From: Vitrella brassicaformis CCMP3155
Lineage: Eukaryota; Protista; Chromerida
Assembly (NCBI GenBank): GCA_001179505.1
Contig: CDMY01000613.1
Location: 186,001 to 250,000 of the forward strand
DNA length: 64,000 nucleotides
Direction: 5' to 3'
Part shown: in pieces, positions 59,979 through 64,000 of the stretch
How the letters are laid out: every line of letters starts with the position of its first letter
Position numbering within the stretch: the first letter of the stretch is position 1
The notes under the pieces: model-generated
The model's database searches: none
Seen by the model: the letters and a program-made list of their open reading frames with translations, nothing else
What the model was told of the DNA's origin: nothing
Position numbers and translations under genes: made by a program

Positions 59979-61618
59979 TCAGGAGTCTTCCTTCTTGACC
60001 ACTGGGGCCGCCATTCTCCCACCTGCACCATTCGACGGGTTCGTCAGCTCATTGAGACGGTCCAGCACTCGGGCAATCAAGAAGGGGGCCTGTTGTGTTT
60101 GTCATCGCGACACAGACGCAGAAGGAATCACACGCACACACGCGTGAGTGACGAACCGGCAGGTGTGGTGAAGGCCATCCCATCGACTTACCGTAAGCCC
60201 GAGTCCCCTTAGATCATGCTCATTGAAGCGACTGAACGTCCTGACAGACAGACAGACAGACCGACAAAGGCGTTGCACACAGCAAGATGCATGTGCTGCT
60301 GACCCCTCCCTGCCCTCTTACTTTCCGTCGACACCGAACCGCTCGCAGGCAGCGGCAAGCTCCGGCAGGTCCATGCCAAGCCGAAGCATGCTGGCGACCT
60401 GACCTGTGCTCCACACCTCCAACCCTGACACGCGCAAGCAGAGAGAGGCACGGGCATGCCCATACCCACCTCCCTTCCATCTACCTGTCCGGGGCGGCAG
60501 ATAGATCTCCTGTCCAATACTTATCCTCTCCTGCCCGTCGTTGCCCTCTTTGCCTTGGAAGACCACGGCCTCAGCCCGCAGAGTCGACCCCTTGTCTGCG
60601 TGCAGCCCCTCCAGCCGCCCCCTCCCCTCACACACCAACACACCTGCACCACCACGGCCCTCCCTCCTGAGGCCGCTGACATCCACCTCAGTCGTCACAC
60701 AGCAACCTGACCCCTCCTCGGTGCTGGCGGCAGTGGCCTGCACCCGTAGTCTGTCGTGGCACCACAGGCTGCCCAGCCTTGCCGTCAGGGCGGCCTTGAC
60801 GTGAAGAGTGACGGACGAGGGCGTGATGGACTCCAGAGCCACTCGCCCGTCGATGACCGCTGGAGGGAGGGGGGGAGGGGGAAGGGCAGGAGCTGAGGAC
60901 GGGCCGGCCTTATGCCTCTTGGCGCCATCAGCCCTTTCTTTCACCGGCCGCTTCTTGGGTAGTGCCGTGTCTGTCGGCTGATGTTGCTGCTGCTGCTCAT
61001 GAGGAGCAAGTGCCGCAGAAGAGGCCTGGTCCTCGCCAACACCACCACCACCATCACGACCATCACCATTACTATCCGGCTCGTCGCTGCCTGATGACGC
61101 CCCCGATGACTCGTCTTCGTCTGGGCTGTCTAGATGGCTGTCATCCTCCTGGCCTGTGCCGTCCTCAGTGGAGCCATGATAGAGCAGATGGGGCTGCAGA
61201 ACCGTGTTGACGTGCGGGATGGCCTCATCGCTGCCGCCGGCGATGCAAAACGACGGCACGTTGAGCAGAGAGCGGAGCGGTTCGTCGCACACGGCCACTC
61301 GGCCGTTTGCGGGGTCGACCAGTCGTCGATCCTTGACATACTGCCACAGTCTCTTGACGACCTCAGGACGGCTCAGCCTCTCCTCACATCTCAGGAATGC
61401 TCGCAACGGGGCCGAGAGAAGAATCTGACACACACAAGAATGCCACTCCCTGCGTTTTCACGTTCAAAATGGGTCTGCTGCAGGGAGAGCTGCCTGCCTG
61501 CCTGCCTGCCTGCCTGTTGATGCCACTCACTGACCGGCTTCTGTATCGAGGTGCGCCCCGCCTCGCGTTTTTTGGCACTCACACGTCGCCTTCTTCTCCG
61601 CCGCTTCTTCTGAACCAT
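59979..61618 (-). CDS. SWIB/MDM2-domain protein with a C-terminal SAM-like domain
   Basis: Basic NLS-like start MVQKKRRRRRRR. SWIB: LSAPLRAFLRCEERLSRPEVVKRLWQYVKDRRLVDPANGRVAVCDEPLRSLL. SAM-like: VWSTGQVASML...ACERFGVDGK|TFSRFNEHDLRGLGLT|APFLIARVLDRLNEL. Confidence 0.8.
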
Positions 61619-61682
61619 CGTTGCGCTTCTCCTTTGCTCTGCTCTGCGGCTTTCCTTTCCCTGTTCCCTGCAGCAGCAATTT

Positions 61683-61708
61683 TGCGAGCTTGAATGTGCG
61701 AGCTTGAA
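61683..61708. promoter_or_regulatory. Tandem TGCGAGCTTGAA motif in the SWIB/Lon-N divergent promoter
   Basis: Two exact 12-mers at 61683-61694 and 61697-61708, within a ~160-bp ATG-to-ATG spacer. Confidence 0.55.
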
Positions 61709-61779
61709 AAAGATCTGCATTCGCATGAAAAACCTGACGATCCTGTTGCGATGCATTCGCTGATTCGCCGTGAGCCGTG

Positions 61780-63443
61780 ATGGCGTCCGTTGTAGCCGCG
61801 CAACTGATCATGGTTTTGGCGCTCGTAGATGAGTGCGTTGCTGCCGTGCTCTCGCCTTCAGCCTCCCGAGCACCCACAGCCACATTCATCCACCCACACG
61901 TGCAGACGAAGCGCCATCGGATGAGTCATGAACGGCTGAGAGCGCCGCTATCTCTTCGGGTGCTTCCCCATCTGCCTGTCCTTTCGCCATCAACGACAGC
62001 CACAGGCACAGCCACAGCCGCTCACTCACCGCCAACCGGGGATGAGTCTGCGATCTCCTCTCCCCCTTCCCTCTCCCCCTCCCCCTCCCGCTCTCTCCCT
62101 CCGTCAGCATCTGCCCCGGTGGGTTATTCGGATGCGTATCTGCGGTGGAATGCCGAGCACGAGGAGGCTTTGGCCAGAGGCGTGGAGCCCGTGCAGAAAA
62201 CTGTGGGCGTTCTCCTGATATATCCGGAGCCTGAGACCCCCATGACGGTCAGATATGCAGCAGACAGACGGACAGACAGACGGATGGACAGAAACGGGAG
62301 GGCAGGAGGACAGGAGGACAAGGTGCCCGGCTGTCTGTCTGTCTGTCTGTCTGTATGTGTGTGTGTGTGTGGTCGGCAGGTGGGTGTCTTTTCTAACGTG
62401 ACCTACACCGAGCCGCAGGCGCGTGCGATGCTGTACGAGGCCGTCAATAGCTGCGGCGGCCTGTTTGCGCTGCAGTTCGTCAACAAGGAGGCCAACGAGA
62501 TCAAAGCCGTCGGGTTGCTCGCACAGGTACGTGACGTGGTGGAGGGACGCGGAAGCCATCCAATCCATCTGTGTGGGTGGGTTGGATGGGTGTGTATCTG
62601 GTATCATCCCGCCCGCTCAGATATGTGATCTGCGTACATCGGAGTTTGGCGTGCACGTGGCGTTTTGCACCGTGGACCGGACTGACCTGCGGCAGGTCGA
62701 GCCAACGGCCACTGACAGTGGGGAGCCGTACACGCAGGGGCGGGTGACGCTCTGGCAGGACACACCCAACTCGTACAGGACCAGGGGCATGTGCGCAACC
62801 ATGGCCGAACAAATCTACAACATGTACGCAGCCAGCCAGGCAGGCAGGCAGACAGACACCCAGCAACCATTGCGCGGTCCCCCTCTCTTTATTTCGTTCC
62901 TTCGTTCTTTCTTTCAGGGATGTGCAGGCGAGTCGGCTTGAGGCCGAGCTGTGGCGCTACAACGGCAACCTGCATGAGGCCGCAAAGGCCGACGCCAGAC
63001 CTTCACTTGAACAACGGGTCGAGGAAATGATCAACTCGTACGTACCCAACACACACACATACACACTCCCTCTCTCTTTGTATCTCATTCCCTCTATGGA
63101 TCCTTCTTTCATCGGTTACTGCAGTTTGTACGAGAACCCGAGCACATGTGAGATTTGGACGTGTGTGTGCTGGGCGGCGCTGCTGTATCACTTCGACACG
63201 CCCGTGCGGTACGAGGCGCTGCAGACGCAGGACAGCGAGCAGCGGTTGGCCTTCATCTGGAAGGCCTACCAGGACCTCATCGACAAGCTCACCAAGGAGA
63301 GACAGCACTTCAGGCGCCAACAGGAGGCGTACGGGTCGAGTGAGGAGGGAAATGCATTGGGGGGGCTTGGGGGGAGGGCGTCAGCTTACTACGTTGGTCT
63401 GGCTGATGGCGATGTCGTTCGAGACGTCAAGGCCAGCTACTGA
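61780..63443 (+). CDS. Lon-protease N-terminal (substrate-binding, PUA-like) domain protein, probably plastid-targeted
   Basis: Signal peptide plus S/P/T/R-rich transit-like leader. TEPQARAMLYEAV...GGLFAL...VGLLAQ|ICD...EPYTQGRVTLWQD...EIWTCVCWAALL...YEALQTQDSEQRLAF. No AAA or protease domain. Confidence 0.7.
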
Positions 63444-63804
63444 TGGATGGATGGTTGAACCACACATACGTGTAAGGACCCACCACCCACCATCATCTCG
63501 TGGCCAGCCAGGATCATGGCCGTCTCTCGCGGGAATCAACACAGGAAGTTGTCTGCATGCAGTGATGCAGTGATTCACTGAATGAATTGAATCACAATGA
63601 TCCATCATTGACATGTACAAAGCCGCCATCAACATGGACCTGTTAACCTTCTTTGCTGGTCATGAAGCCGAGGCCATGTTTCAATTCCTGTCATCTCTCA
63701 CGACACGCATATGGTCAGCTACATACCGACTGCCGTGACCAGAGAATGCGCAATCAAAGGGACAAGGGAGGTCGATTCCACTGACTTTAACACTCATGTC
63801 TCGC

Positions 63805-64000
63805 TCAGCTCGGCCTGGCCTCTTGGCTGCAGAAGATGCTGTCAGCCAGCGACAAATGTCTTCGCGCCCCTGCCTGGACACGGTCCATCTCCTGCCCCTC
63901 GCCTGGACACGGTCCATCTATACCGCCCTCTTCATCGCCATCCTCATCACAGACCGTCTCTGCCGGGCCGCTCGACCTCCCAAACTCACCGGTCGCCAGA
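63805..64000 (-). CDS. Possible 3' end of a gene entering from beyond the window
   Basis: Open frame LATGEFGRSSGPAETVCDEDGDEEGG...EARPS* with the stop at 63805-63807. Contains an 18-bp direct repeat CCTGGACACGGTCCATCT. Confidence 0.35.
   Translation of the reverse strand, partial: LATGEFGRSSGPAETVCDEDGDEEGGIDGPCPGEGQEMDRVQAGARRHLSLADSIFCSQEARPS

Noticed and set aside
1-64000. CRISPR arrays, rRNA, tRNA, snRNA
   Set aside because: There are no regularly spaced repeat-spacer arrays and no recognisable structural RNA signatures by eye. The repeats are simple microsatellites. tRNAscan/Infernal were not run.

Overview
Eukaryotic, intron-dense, GC-rich genomic DNA whose introns are packed with microsatellites ((GT)n/(CA)n, GGAT, CTGA, CCTG, CTGT). 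This style and two characteristic expanded gene families (ankyrin 'AFGPHEAEAIGWKIGAFL'; F-box/LRR-like 'MIAIVEG...HMAEGSLETI') suggest the chromerid alga Vitrella brassicaformis; this is inferred, not proven. I spliced about 22 gene models by hand, and most lie in head-to-head pairs sharing short non-repetitive promoters. Recognisable genes are a WD40-like protein, an E2 ubiquitin-conjugating enzyme, two F-box-like family members, two cyclin paralogues, an ankyrin gene with a frameshift, BAP31-like, a RING-H2 E3, a Rad5/SHPRH-like SNF2-RING helicase, an SRSF2-like RRM protein, a GH10 xylanase, a PQQ-dependent (AA12/GSDH-like) sugar dehydrogenase fused to PAN/apple-like domains, ERGIC3/Erv46, an SPMIP1-like ciliary protein, a SWIB-SAM protein and a Lon-N-domain protein. 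Highlights: (1) the secreted GH10 xylanase and secreted PQQ dehydrogenase-PAN fusion are divergently transcribed from a 160-bp spacer carrying a 15-bp direct repeat, a candidate two-gene polysaccharide-utilisation module in a photosynthetic alveolate; (2) a ~3.1-kb inverted duplication copied a whole cyclin gene, its bidirectional promoter and ERGIC3 exons 1-2, and a CRE-like retrotransposon fragment abuts one breakpoint; (3) a promoter motif (AAGCTCGCA) and telo-box-like repeats recur across the divergent promoters. All exon boundaries are manual predictions without RNA evidence. There is one 300-N assembly gap. I saw no rRNA, tRNA or CRISPR.
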